A stretch of DNA of 27,430 nucleotides, taken from NCBI GenBank assembly GCA_003135555.1, contig PLCF01000058.1, positions 1-27,430 of the forward strand, written 5' to 3'. The notes beneath the pieces were generated by a model. The model did no database searches and had not been told where the DNA came from. It saw only the letters and a list, made by a program, of their open reading frames with translations. This DNA comes from Vulcanimicrobiota bacterium (GTDB lineage: Bacteria; Vulcanimicrobiota; Vulcanimicrobiia; Vulcanimicrobiales; Vulcanimicrobiaceae). Below, piece after piece: positions 9,103-17,761 of the stretch; positions within the stretch are counted from its first letter, which is position 1; each line of letters begins with the position of its first letter. The translations under genes were made by a program, and so were the position numbers.

Positions 9103-9942
9103 GTGAGGCGCGGTCGGTTTGTCGCCTTGCTGGGCGCAAGTTGTTTCGCACGGCCGATCGTCGTCGAAGCGGCGTCGCGCGACGAGCTGGTCTGGTACGC
9201 AGGCGACCTGGATGGTGCGCGCACGTTCTCCAACGGTGCCGACCGTGTGCTGCCCGCCGCTTCGGTCATCAAACTGCTGATCGCGCGGACGCTCGTCGAC
9301 GCCGTCTCATCAGGCCAACTCTCACTGGACACACGGGTACCGCTGAACCTGCGCGACCGCGTCGGAGGTTCCGGCCGGTACGGTGCGACGCCCCCGGGGC
9401 GCTATCGTGTCGCTGAGCTCCTCGGCGCGATGCTCTCGCTGAGCGACAACACCGCGTCGAACGTTTTGCTCCACTACCTTGGTGCAGAACGATGCAACCG
9501 CCGGGCGGCGGCTTCGGGTTTTACGGCGACCCGCATTCGCCGCAGCTTCTATGATTGGGAAGCGCGAAGGCGCGGCTTGGAGAACACGACGACGACGCGC
9601 GAGAGCGCGCTGCTCTTGGTGGAGCTCGCACGGCGAGCGCAAGTCCGTGGTCGCGACGGCGAGGTTGCGCGGGCGACCATGCGCGCGCTGCTCGCCCAGA
9701 CCGATCGCGAGACGATCCCGGCGGCTCTGCCACGTAGGAGCGCCATTGCGAATAAGACCGGCGAGTTGCCGGGGATCAGAAACGACGTCGCGATCGTCGG
9801 CTACGGTCGTCCCGGCGCGTACGTCGTCTCGGTGATGGACCGCTACCGTGCGACCCGGACGGCCGCGATCGAACGGATCCGGGCGCTCGTCGCGACCCTC
9901 GATCGCCGGCTCGAGCAGTCCCCAGCCATCACGCGGTCATAG
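9103..9942 (+). CDS. Class A beta-lactamase-like serine hydrolase
   Basis: SVIK (SxxK), SDN and KTG motifs. Start moved to GTG 9103, giving a twin-Arg-like leader (RRGRFVALLG). Confidence 0.85.
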   Translation: MRRGRFVALLGASCFARPIVVEAASRDELVWYAGDLDGARTFSNGADRVLPAASVIKLLIARTLVDAVSSGQLSLDTRVPLNLRDRVGGSGRYGATPPGRYRVAELLGAMLSLSDNTASNVLLHYLGAERCNRRAAASGFTATRIRRSFYDWEARRRGLENTTTTRESALLLVELARRAQVRGRDGEVARATMRALLAQTDRETIPAALPRRSAIANKTGELPGIRNDVAIVGYGRPGAYVVSVMDRYRATRTAAIERIRALVATLDRRLEQSPAITRS

Positions 9943-9981
9943 TGCCGCACTGGTGGCACAGCGATCGCTTAGAATTGCACA

Positions 9982-10512
9982 ATGAGTTCGACGATTCCAG
10001 GCGTGTCGCTTTTCATCGATGACGAGATGGGCGGCCGGCAAATGCACTTCGCGTTGACGCCCGAGTTCGAGGCGAAGTACGAACTGAAACCACTAGCAGT
10101 CGATTCGGCAAAGCGCAACACGAAGAGAATAGGCGATATTTCGGAGCTTCATGCGATAATAGCGTTGACGAAGATGGGTTACAAAGTATTGTTGCCCTTC
10201 GGCGAGAATCAGCGCTACGATTTTGTTGTGGATGATGGGCGGACGCTGTCGCGCATTCAAGTAAAAACGGGCCGACTCCGAAACGGCGTGATCTTGTACG
10301 GCGCTGCAAGTACGCACGGACATCGGGGTCGCCCGTGTCGCCCGTACCGGGGCGAAGTCGAGTACTTCGCCGTCTATTGTCCGGATACGGAGAAGGTCTA
10401 TTTGGTACCCGAGTCGGACCTTACGAGGTCCCTCGGGAGCCTGCGTGTCGCGCCGACGAAGAACAACGTTCAGAAGACGGTGCGGTGGGCTTCGACGTAC
10501 GAGCTGGCGTAG
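9982..10512 (+). CDS. Group I intron-associated-type PD-(D/E)XK endonuclease (PDDEXK_5-like)
   Basis: GDISE...LLPFGENQRYDFVVD...RIQVKTG...YFAVYCP. Stop codon lies within tRNA-Thr. Confidence 0.85.
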   Translation: MSSTIPGVSLFIDDEMGGRQMHFALTPEFEAKYELKPLAVDSAKRNTKRIGDISELHAIIALTKMGYKVLLPFGENQRYDFVVDDGRTLSRIQVKTGRLRNGVILYGAASTHGHRGRPCRPYRGEVEYFAVYCPDTEKVYLVPESDLTRSLGSLRVAPTKNNVQKTVRWASTYELA

Positions 10513-10577
10513 CTTAGTGGTAAAGCACGTGCATGGTAAGTACGAGATCGTGGGTTCAATCCCCACCGCCAGCTCCA
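10503..10577 (+). tRNA. tRNA-Thr(GGT)
   Basis: GCTGGCG/CGCCAGC acceptor, anticodon loop ATGGTAA, T arm GTGGG-TTCAATC-CCCAC, encoded CCA. Confidence 0.95.
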
Positions 10578-10586
10578 GAAGCAGAT

Positions 10587-10622
10587 CGAGACCCTCCCGC
10601 CGCGGAGGGTCTCGTCGCTTTC
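10587..10622 (+). terminator. Terminator-like hairpin after tRNA-Thr
   Basis: CGAGACCCTCC/GGAGGGTCTCG 11-bp stem followed by a short T run. Confidence 0.6.
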
Positions 10623-10641
10623 CTGAGTAGTCGTTGGCGTC

Positions 10642-11598
10642 ATGGCTACCGCCGTATCGACCGACAGCGCGAAGCGCGCCCTCCTCGAACGCCTCGTCGA
10701 CGACGCGGGGCTCTTCCCGCCCGCGCAGTTGCCGATGCGGCTCGCGCTGCGAGCGCACGCCCGCCACCGCGAGAGCGCCTACTCGTGGATCGGCGGCCGC
10801 TTCGTGGTCCCGGCCTCGCGGCTGGACGAGTTCGCGACCGCGCGCGCCTTGGAACGTGCCCCGGTCGACCTGAGCGTCGTGCTCGACTCGGGCTCCCGCG
10901 GCGCCAAGGGCGACACCGTGCGAGCCGACCTGGAGCGCGTCGAGCGGATCCGCCAACTCGACGGCGTTACGGTGTCGTCGTTCGAAGCCCGGCTCCCGCG
11001 GCTGGCGCTCGACGACGCGGCCACGAAGCGAATCGTCGCCGATCTCGTCGAGCGCTATCCCAGCACCGAGGTCGCCTTCTGGTACGAGTCGTCCTACGCT
11101 GCCGGCTGGGCGACGCCGCCCGACCAGTGGCTCGCCGAGCTCGCGAGCGCGCGCAAAGCCGCTCCGGCGAACGTGCTGCTGGGCGCGAAGGTGCGTTGCG
11201 GCGGAGCCGCTGCGGGAGCGACCCCGTCAGTTGAGGACCTGGCGGACTTCATCGTCGCGGCGCATGCGAACGACGTACCGTGGAAAGCGACGGCGGGGCT
11301 CCATCATCCCGTGCGCGGGACGCACGCCGATGGCGGTGCGGTTCCGCACGGCTTCCTCAACGTCGTCGTTGCGGCCGCCGCGTTGCACGCCGGCGCCGTC
11401 GAAGCAGCGCGCGTCGCCGAGATCCTCGCCGAAACGAACCCGCGCGCGTTCGTGGTCGATCCCGCCCACGTCGGCTGGCGTGAGGTACGGCTCGAAGCCG
11501 AGCAGGTTGCCGCGGCGCGCGAGCGCTGCGTCGCGTTCGGCAGTTGCAGCTTCGACGAGCCGGTCAACGACTTGCGCGAGCTCGGCCTGCTCTCGTGA
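10642..11598 (+). CDS. Conserved hypothetical protein typically found beside fumarylacetoacetase
   Basis: LVDDAGLFPP, KVRCGG, KATAGLHHP, HGFLN and FGSCSFDEP motifs. GTGA overlap with fahA. Confidence 0.8.
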   Translation: MATAVSTDSAKRALLERLVDDAGLFPPAQLPMRLALRAHARHRESAYSWIGGRFVVPASRLDEFATARALERAPVDLSVVLDSGSRGAKGDTVRADLERVERIRQLDGVTVSSFEARLPRLALDDAATKRIVADLVERYPSTEVAFWYESSYAAGWATPPDQWLAELASARKAAPANVLLGAKVRCGGAAAGATPSVEDLADFIVAAHANDVPWKATAGLHHPVRGTHADGGAVPHGFLNVVVAAAALHAGAVEAARVAEILAETNPRAFVVDPAHVGWREVRLEAEQVAAARERCVAFGSCSFDEPVNDLRELGLLS

Positions 11599-12818
11599 TC
11601 GAACCGGCTGACTACGGACTCGACAACCTGCCGTTTGGAATCTTCTCCGATGCCGGCTCCGGCCGCAAGCGCGCGGGCGTCGCCTTCGGCGACGGTGTGA
11701 TCGACCTCGATCGGCTCGTCGGCGCCGGGCTCCTGGATGCCGAGTCGTTGCGTGGCGCGACGACCTTGAACGACTTTTTCGGCGCGGGGCTCGCAACCTG
11801 GCGTGCGGTGCGCGCGCGCGTGCGCTCGCTGCTTGCATCGGATGCCCCAGCCGAGGAGCGTGCCGCTGTGACGACGGCGACGGTGCCGCGCGACGCCGTG
11901 ACGATGCATCTGCCGATCGCGGTCGGTGACTACGTCGACTTCTACTCCTCGCTCGAGCATGCGACCAACGTCGGTCGCATCTTGCGTCCGAACTCAGCGC
12001 CGCTGGGGCCCAACTACCGTCACATCCCGATCGGCTATCACGGCCGCTCCGGAACCGTCGTCGTCAGCGGAACACCGATCCGGCGCCCGCACGGCCAGCG
12101 CAAGGCGCCCGACGCGGACGCGCCGACGTTCGGCCCGTCGGTGATGCTCGACGTCGAGCTGGAGCTGGGCTGGATCGCCGGCGCGGGCAGCGTACACGGC
12201 GAGCCGGTCAGCGCCGACGCGGTGCGCGAACACGTCTTCGGCTACGTGCTGCTCGACGACTGGAGCGCTCGCGACATCCAAGCCTGGGAGTATCAGCCGC
12301 TGGGCCCGTTCCTGAGCAAGTCGTTCGCGACGTCGATCTCGCCGTGGGTCGTCTCGCTCGACGCGCTCGAGCCGTTTCGCGTCGCCGAGCCGGCGCGCGA
12401 CCCCGAGCCGCTGCCGTACCTGCGCGCGCGCGAACCCTGGTCCTACGACATCGAGCTCGAGATGCTGCTGCAGACGCCGCGGATGCGCGAACGCGCGCTC
12501 GCCCCACTCAGCATCTCACGCACGAACTTTCGCGGCATGTACTGGACCGTCGCGCAACAGCTCGCGCACGTTACGTCGAACGGCGCGCGCTTGCGTCCGG
12601 GCGATCTGTTCGGCACCGGAACGGTCTCGGGCGCCGAGCAGGGGACGCAGGGTTCGCTGCTCGAGCTGACTTGGCGCGGTGCGAACCCGATCGCGCTGCC
12701 CGATGGAGAGACGCGCGGTTTTCTCGAGGACGGCGACACCGTGATCATGCGGGGCCGCGCGATCCGTGGCGCGGCGCGCGTCGGTTTGGGCGAGGTGGTG
12801 GGTACCATCGCCCCCTAA
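11595..12818 (+). CDS. fahA: Fumarylacetoacetase
   Basis: NLPFGIF, GDYVDFYSSLEHATNVG, YHGRS, LDVELE, DWSARDIQAWEYQPLGPFLSKSF and GSLLELTW motifs. Confidence 0.93.
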   Translation: MIEPADYGLDNLPFGIFSDAGSGRKRAGVAFGDGVIDLDRLVGAGLLDAESLRGATTLNDFFGAGLATWRAVRARVRSLLASDAPAEERAAVTTATVPRDAVTMHLPIAVGDYVDFYSSLEHATNVGRILRPNSAPLGPNYRHIPIGYHGRSGTVVVSGTPIRRPHGQRKAPDADAPTFGPSVMLDVELELGWIAGAGSVHGEPVSADAVREHVFGYVLLDDWSARDIQAWEYQPLGPFLSKSFATSISPWVVSLDALEPFRVAEPARDPEPLPYLRAREPWSYDIELEMLLQTPRMRERALAPLSISRTNFRGMYWTVAQQLAHVTSNGARLRPGDLFGTGTVSGAEQGTQGSLLELTWRGANPIALPDGETRGFLEDGDTVIMRGRAIRGAARVGLGEVVGTIAP

Positions 12819-12838
12819 CGCGCGCCGCGCCAGGTACG

Positions 12839-13057
12839 CTACGGCTTCGTGCCGCCGCTGGTGGTCGAACCGCCGCTGGTCGTGCCGCTTCCCGTGGTCG
12901 TTCCTTGCGTCGTGGTGGTCGCGCCGGTCGGCGTCGTGGTGGTCGAGTTGCGCCACGGCTGCCACATGAACAGCGCGATCGCGGCGACGATGACGACGAC
13001 GACGATCGCGATGATGGCGGTATTGCTGCTGCTCGAGCTGGAACTGCGTTCGGTCAT
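12839..13057 (-). CDS. Small single-pass membrane protein with a Thr/Gly-rich tail
   Basis: GGAGG RBS upstream, TM helix AIIAIVVVVIVAAIALFMW and a low-complexity tail. Confidence 0.7.
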   Translation of the reverse strand: MTERSSSSSSSNTAIIAIVVVVIVAAIALFMWQPWRNSTTTTPTGATTTTQGTTTGSGTTSGGSTTSGGTKP

Positions 13058-13173
13058 GCCGAGGTATCCTCCGAATCCGAGTGCTACCCGAGCCGCTTAC
13101 CCGCAATCCGGCTAACCGCCCCAGCCCAAGGAATGAGGCGCCTGGTTCCGGCGGGAAAGATACGTTGCTCCGT

Positions 13174-13247
13174 GCGCCCGTAGCTCAACTGGATAGAGCG
13201 AGGCACTCCTAAGGCCGAGGTTGGCGGTTCAAGTCCGCCCGGGCGCG
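13174..13247 (+). tRNA. tRNA-Arg(CCT) with an imperfect anticodon stem and no encoded CCA
   Basis: GCGCCCG/CGGGCGC acceptor, GCTC/GAGC D stem, loop CTCCTAA, T arm GGCGG-TTCAAGT-CCGCC. Confidence 0.85.
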
Positions 13248-13252
13248 AATTC

Positions 13253-13453
13253 CTACGTGCGCTCCATGCGTGCGCCGAACTGCTCCCAGGTGAGCAGCGC
13301 GCCGCGCTTCGCGTAACCGGGCCACCAATCGACGCCGCCGCGGCTGATGCGCAGCTCGCCGAACTTCTCGCCGTCGGCGAACACCTCGTACACGGCGTCG
13401 GCATTGCCGAGCTCGCGCGGCGGCGCGCTGACGACTACGCGATGTTCGGGCAT
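13253..13453 (-). CDS. Small hypothetical protein (66 aa)
   Basis: GGGAGAGG RBS before the ATG; globular-looking sequence (GELRISRGGVDWWP). Confidence 0.7.
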   Translation of the reverse strand: MPEHRVVVSAPPRELGNADAVYEVFADGEKFGELRISRGGVDWWPGYAKRGALLTWEQFGARMERT

Positions 13454-13615
13454 GTCGTTCCTCTCCCAATCGGCCCCGGATCGAGCCCGACTTCGGGCCG
13501 GCCGGACCAAATCCGTGGCGCCACCCCGACCCGACCTACCGCGACGGCGCCCGGGAAGCTAAAGGCCGCCCGCCCGGTCGCCGATGAGGGGGACGGGAGG
13601 CTACGGAGCCGGCGC

Positions 13616-13996
13616 ATGGACGAACGAGGACGGGCCGAGGTCGCCGCGAGCGACGGGGAGCTGCGCGCACTGCAGGTGCCGGCGCAGCGCGAGCGTGCCA
13701 TGCCGGCCTGGCTCGCGCGTCTCCGCGACCAGCGTTCCGCGCCCGCCGTCGTCGACGGCGCGCTCATCGTGCGGCGCTACTTCCCCCGCGATCTGCGCAC
13801 CGCACCGTCGATCCTCGTCGATGCCCCCGCCGAATATTGCGCCCACTGTGCGACCGCCTTCGGCGAGGGTCACGGCGTCGTTCACAGCTGGAAGCTGCGC
13901 CAAGGCGTGCGCGCGCTGCGTACCGCGCTCATCCTGTGCGACGATTGCGACGCCGCACTGCGGCCGCAGGCGTACCTCGCCGCGGCCGGCGGATAG
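13616..13996 (+). CDS. Hypothetical zinc-finger protein
   Basis: CAHC...CDDC pair; GGAG upstream of ATG 13616. Confidence 0.6.
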   Translation: MDERGRAEVAASDGELRALQVPAQRERAMPAWLARLRDQRSAPAVVDGALIVRRYFPRDLRTAPSILVDAPAEYCAHCATAFGEGHGVVHSWKLRQGVRALRTALILCDDCDAALRPQAYLAAAGG

Positions 13997-14005
13997 CGCG
14001 ACGCG

Positions 14006-14131
14006 ATGCGGGTCAGCCGCCGTAAACGCCCCAAACCGCCGTCGGAGTACGACCGCGAGACGACGATCTACATCATCTTCATCCTCGCGCTCGTCGGCGC
14101 CGTGATGTGGGCGGTGGTCGCCCCGCGCTGA
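14006..14131 (+). CDS. 41-aa single-pass membrane protein (below the ORF-track cutoff)
   Basis: MRVSRRKRPKPPSEYDRETTIYIIFILALVGAVMWAVVAPR: basic N-terminus plus TM helix, starting 9 nt after the upstream stop. Confidence 0.55.
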   Translation: MRVSRRKRPKPPSEYDRETTIYIIFILALVGAVMWAVVAPR

Positions 14132-14195
14132 ACCGGGTTCCGGGCAGGACCGGCGCGAACCAACGAAGCCTGCGTAGCCTTCGGCCGGAGTACCA

Positions 14196-15872
14196 GTGAT
14201 CGCACGACGCGCATACGGGATCGTCCGCGCGGCCTCGCTGTTCGCGGCGCTGGCTGCGGTAAGCGCGTATGCCCCGGCGGCGCTCCACGCCCTCAAGCCC
14301 CAGGACGCCGTGTTTCTCGCCGGCGCCCTGGCGGCCGCGATCGCGCTCGGCATCCTGCGCGCGCCCGCCGCGCATTTCGAACGCAGCCTGCGCCCGACGC
14401 CCGAAAGCGATCGGGTCGGCCTCATCGTGCCGGTCCTGCTCGCGGTGCTGGTGACCGAAGGTTGGCTGTGGGCGGCGGTATGCAACGTCGCGGCCTACCT
14501 CGTGCGCCGGCGCGGCCTACGCCGTCGCCCGTTGCAAGACCGGATCCTCACCGCGGCGCTGCGCTTCCCGGCCTGGTGGGCGGCGGCGCTGCTGCTCGAG
14601 CCGCTGCGGCGTGCCGCGCAGGCAACGCCGTCGGCGGCGTCGCTCGCAACGTTCGTCGGCCTGGCTGCCGCCTTCGTCCTGCTCGTCGATCTGGTGTGGA
14701 TCGATTCGCTCGCGGCGGCGCGCCAGAGCCGGTCGCTGCTGATGCTGTGGCGGCGTCACGCGGCGGACCGCGGGACGCTGCTCATCGTGCTGGCCGAATG
14801 TACCTGGGCGTACGTCATCGTGCGCGTCGCCACCCACGACGGCTCGGCGTTGGGCGTTGCGACGCTGCTGCCGCTCGTCGGCCTGGCCGTCGTCCTGGGG
14901 CGCTTCGCGCGAGTGAACGCGCGGCTGCATCGTCTGGCGATCTCGCGCGAGGCCGTCGACGCGATGCTGCGCGCGAACGATCCCATGCCGCAGATGCGCT
15001 CGCTGCTCGAGAGCATCGACCCGCACATCGTGCGCGAGGCCGTCGAGATCGCCGCCTTCGGACGCGGCGGGACCGAGCGCTGGTCGCGCGTGGTGCGTTT
15101 CGGTCCGGCGGTCACCCCGGAGTTGGAACGGCTGGGCGGGCGGGCGCTCTTGGAACTGCAAGTCACCGGCGAGGACGCGGCGATCGAGCAGCGCGAGGAC
15201 GGCAGCGTGTGGGCGTACCGGGCGCGCGATGCGGGAGAACGGCTGCGCGGCGCGCTCCTGGTATTCCGTGCGCCCGGAGCGCTGCCGTTCGTGGCGGCGC
15301 GCGACTTCGAGCGCGCCGCGTCCGAGCTGGGGCCGCTGTTGGGTGACTACGGCGCGATCGCTGCGACGCGCACGGCGGCGACGATCGATACGCTCACCGG
15401 CTTGGCGAACCGCCGCGGGCTGCAGCGCGCCTTCGAGGAAGCGATGGCGCACGTGCGCGGCGGCGGTGGCTACGCGGTCTTGCTGCTCGACGTCGATCAT
15501 TTCAAGTCGATCAACGACTTGCTCGGGCACCAGACCGGCGATCGCGCGTTGGCGCAGATCGGGCGACTCATCTCCGACAACATCCGGGGCCTGGATCTCG
15601 CCGGACGTTTCGGCGGCGAGGAATTCCTGGTGCTGCTGCGCGATGCGGCGCGCGAGCGCGCGCTGCAAGTCGCCGAGCGTTTGCGCGCCGCCATCGAGGC
15701 GGGCGGGCTCGCATACGCCGACGGCAAGCCCGTCACCGTCTCGGTCGGGGTCGCCTACGCCGTCGCCGCCGACACCACGGCGGACGTGGTCGAACGGGCC
15801 GACCGGGCGCTGTACCGGGCCAAGAACGCGGGCCGGAACCGGGTCGTCGAATCCCCCGTCGAAACCGTGTAA
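14196..15872 (+). CDS. Membrane-bound diguanylate cyclase (GGDEF domain)
   Basis: DTLTGLANRR, LLDVDHFKSINDLLGHQTGD, RGLD I-site, GRFGGEEF and ALYRAKNAGRN; multiple N-terminal TM helices. Confidence 0.92.
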   Translation: MIARRAYGIVRAASLFAALAAVSAYAPAALHALKPQDAVFLAGALAAAIALGILRAPAAHFERSLRPTPESDRVGLIVPVLLAVLVTEGWLWAAVCNVAAYLVRRRGLRRRPLQDRILTAALRFPAWWAAALLLEPLRRAAQATPSAASLATFVGLAAAFVLLVDLVWIDSLAAARQSRSLLMLWRRHAADRGTLLIVLAECTWAYVIVRVATHDGSALGVATLLPLVGLAVVLGRFARVNARLHRLAISREAVDAMLRANDPMPQMRSLLESIDPHIVREAVEIAAFGRGGTERWSRVVRFGPAVTPELERLGGRALLELQVTGEDAAIEQREDGSVWAYRARDAGERLRGALLVFRAPGALPFVAARDFERAASELGPLLGDYGAIAATRTAATIDTLTGLANRRGLQRAFEEAMAHVRGGGGYAVLLLDVDHFKSINDLLGHQTGDRALAQIGRLISDNIRGLDLAGRFGGEEFLVLLRDAARERALQVAERLRAAIEAGGLAYADGKPVTVSVGVAYAVAADTTADVVERADRALYRAKNAGRNRVVESPVETV

Positions 15873-15896
15873 CCGGAGCTGCGTGGCTGCGGCCGG

Positions 15897-16088
15897 CTAT
15901 TCGCGCTCGACCCGCTCTACGAGGGCGTCGCCCGAGCCGTCGATGCGAACCGAGAAGACGAGCGGCCGGCAGCACAGCGGGCAGTCCTCGACGAGGGTCT
16001 GGCGGCGCCCGGCCGTCGGATCCACGCCCAGGGCGTTCTCCTCGCCGCAGCTCGGACAGGCGTAGGAGGCATCCGTTTCGAGCGGCAT
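15897..16088 (-). CDS. CPXCG-motif cysteine-rich protein
   Basis: YACPSCGE...EDCPLCCRP in a 63-aa ORF. Confidence 0.85.
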   Translation of the reverse strand: MPLETDASYACPSCGEENALGVDPTAGRRQTLVEDCPLCCRPLVFSVRIDGSGDALVERVERE

Positions 16089-16154
16089 CAGCCGGGAGGA
16101 GGGTCCTGCAGGATCACGCCGCGGGTAGTGGTCCCTTTTGAATCGGCCACCCCC

Positions 16155-16184
16155 TTGACATACGGGACGGTAGACGCCGACCCT
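16155..16184 (+). promoter_or_regulatory. Putative promoter for the small basic protein
   Basis: Perfect TTGACA at 16155 and a weak -10 (GACCCT, 18-bp spacer) 6 nt before GTG 16191. Confidence 0.4.
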
Positions 16185-16190
16185 TGAGGG

Positions 16191-16424
16191 GTGCCGAAGA
16201 AGCCACCCTCCGATCCGAGCCAAGCCGCCCGGTCGATCCTGGACCAAATCACGGGCGAGAAGCCCAAGGTCATGCCGACCCAGAAGAACGGCGCGGCCGT
16301 GGAGCTAGGGCGCAAGGGTGGCGAGGCACGCCGGGACGCGCTCTCGGCCGAGGAGCGGTCCCGGATCGCCAAAGAGGCCGCCCGGAAGCGGTGGGGCGAC
16401 CCGGCCGACGAGGGTGTAGAATAA
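16191..16424 (+). CDS. Small basic protein of the GRKGG...KRW type, recurrent in IS1/IS1595-like cargo elements
   Basis: KNGAAVELGRKGGEARRDALSAEERSRIAKEAARKRW; family recognised from recall. Confidence 0.8.
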   Translation: MPKKPPSDPSQAARSILDQITGEKPKVMPTQKNGAAVELGRKGGEARRDALSAEERSRIAKEAARKRWGDPADEGVE

Positions 16425-16429
16425 AGTGT

Positions 16430-16525
16430 CAGAGACGGTGGGATTCGGACCCACGGGGGCGCCCCTGAAAAGCCTCCCCGCCCGGACCTAACGCCGGGTG
16501 CCTTAAACCGCTCGGCCACGTCTCC
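16430..16525 (-). ncRNA. Irregular tRNA-like gene with a Ser-like body, long variable arm and 8-nt anticodon loop
   Basis: GGAGACG-TG-GCCGAGCGGTTTAAGGC-A-CCCGG-CGTTAGGT-CCGGG-(26-nt V arm)-GTGGG-TCCGAAT-CCCAC-CGTCTCT-G-ACA. Confidence 0.8.
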
Positions 16526-16528
16526 CCG

Positions 16529-16563
16529 ACAAAGCGCCGAGGCCTTACGCCTCGGCGCTTTGT
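16529..16563. terminator. Perfect 15-bp hairpin between the ImmA gene and the tRNA-like gene
   Basis: ACAAAGCGCCGAGGC-CTTAC-GCCTCGGCGCTTTGT. Confidence 0.6.
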
Positions 16564-16564
16564 A

Positions 16565-17761
16565 TTATGCGCGCCGCCTCCACGGCTCAGGCTGATCATC
16601 GCGCGGATAGATACCGAAGGGATCGTCGTTGTGATTAGCATCTAATTCCTTCGGGTCGAGCGCGCAGAAGCGCGCGAAGTCCGACGGCAACAGGCCAACC
16701 TCCTCAGACAATGCCAACAGGTTCTCGGGATGCGCGTCGCGCAGCGTAACGATCGCCGTCGCGAGAAGGCGCGGATGCTCCATTGGTATTTGCTCGTCTA
16801 ACGGCTCGCTCGTTCCCCAGCCACGACGGTTGCGATTCATCCAGAATCGCTTGTATGTCGCGTCGTCGATCATCCCCAAGTCCTTCGCGCGCGTCATCAT
16901 GGTCGCGACCGAGAGGTACCAATGCGTCTTCGCAAGCAGCAAGTTGTCGAGTGTTACCGGGCTGACTGATCGACGAAAGGTGCCTTCGGGCATGAGGAAC
17001 GCGCGAGCGAATCGGAACGCTTGCGTCTCAATCAAACCGTGCGTCTTGGGATTCACCTCAAGGTACCGGCGGTCGATGTTTCGATGGAGTACTAGATGAC
17101 CCAATTCGTGCGCTACGTCGGTCCGCCGGTGCGACGCGCTGACCTCGCGACAGCCAATAGCAATGATTGGTCGGCCGTTATGCGCCCAAATTGAAAAGCC
17201 GTCCACCGTAGGCGATTCGATGACATTCGGGACGACCACGCAGCCGTGGCCTTCCACCAGTCGAATGACGTCGCGCACGACGCCATTGCTCATTCCCCAA
17301 GCGCGGCGTAACTCCGTAGCAGCTACGTCGATCAACTCGTCGCTGATTTGCTGCGGATCGCTCGGCGGCTTGAAATCGGGCACGGTGACGTCGGGCAAAA
17401 CGACGTACTGCTCAAGCGCGACGATGAAATCGCGGACCCATGCCAGCTGCCGCTCAACGGCACGAAGATGCTTTGGCGTCGTTTTCGAGCGAAATTGCCG
17501 AAAAAACACGGCGGCCGGCTCGGGTGGCGCTTCCGGCCGCATGAAGAATCCAATCGGCACGTTCAACGCTGCTGCGAAACGCGCGACCGCGCTTGGAGTA
17601 GCGCGAATCTCCCCCTCCTGGTACCGATAAACTAACTGCCGATTGGTCCCAAGCCGATCAGCAAGGTCCTTTAAGGACAGTCCGCGCGCCTCGCGCGCTT
17701 CTTTCAAGCGCGCGAGCGGGTGATCGGGCGCGCGCGCAAGGACCTCGGGGCGGTCGTTCAT
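16565..17761 (-). CDS. XRE HTH plus ImmA/IrrE (peptidase M78) zinc metallopeptidase
   Basis: N-terminal RLKEAREARGLSLKDLADRLG...YRYQEG, then RRTDVAHELGH (HExxH) and ETQAFRFARAFLMP. Confidence 0.92.
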   Translation of the reverse strand: MNDRPEVLARAPDHPLARLKEAREARGLSLKDLADRLGTNRQLVYRYQEGEIRATPSAVARFAAALNVPIGFFMRPEAPPEPAAVFFRQFRSKTTPKHLRAVERQLAWVRDFIVALEQYVVLPDVTVPDFKPPSDPQQISDELIDVAATELRRAWGMSNGVVRDVIRLVEGHGCVVVPNVIESPTVDGFSIWAHNGRPIIAIGCREVSASHRRTDVAHELGHLVLHRNIDRRYLEVNPKTHGLIETQAFRFARAFLMPEGTFRRSVSPVTLDNLLLAKTHWYLSVATMMTRAKDLGMIDDATYKRFWMNRNRRGWGTSEPLDEQIPMEHPRLLATAIVTLRDAHPENLLALSEEVGLLPSDFARFCALDPKELDANHNDDPFGIYPRDDQPEPWRRRA

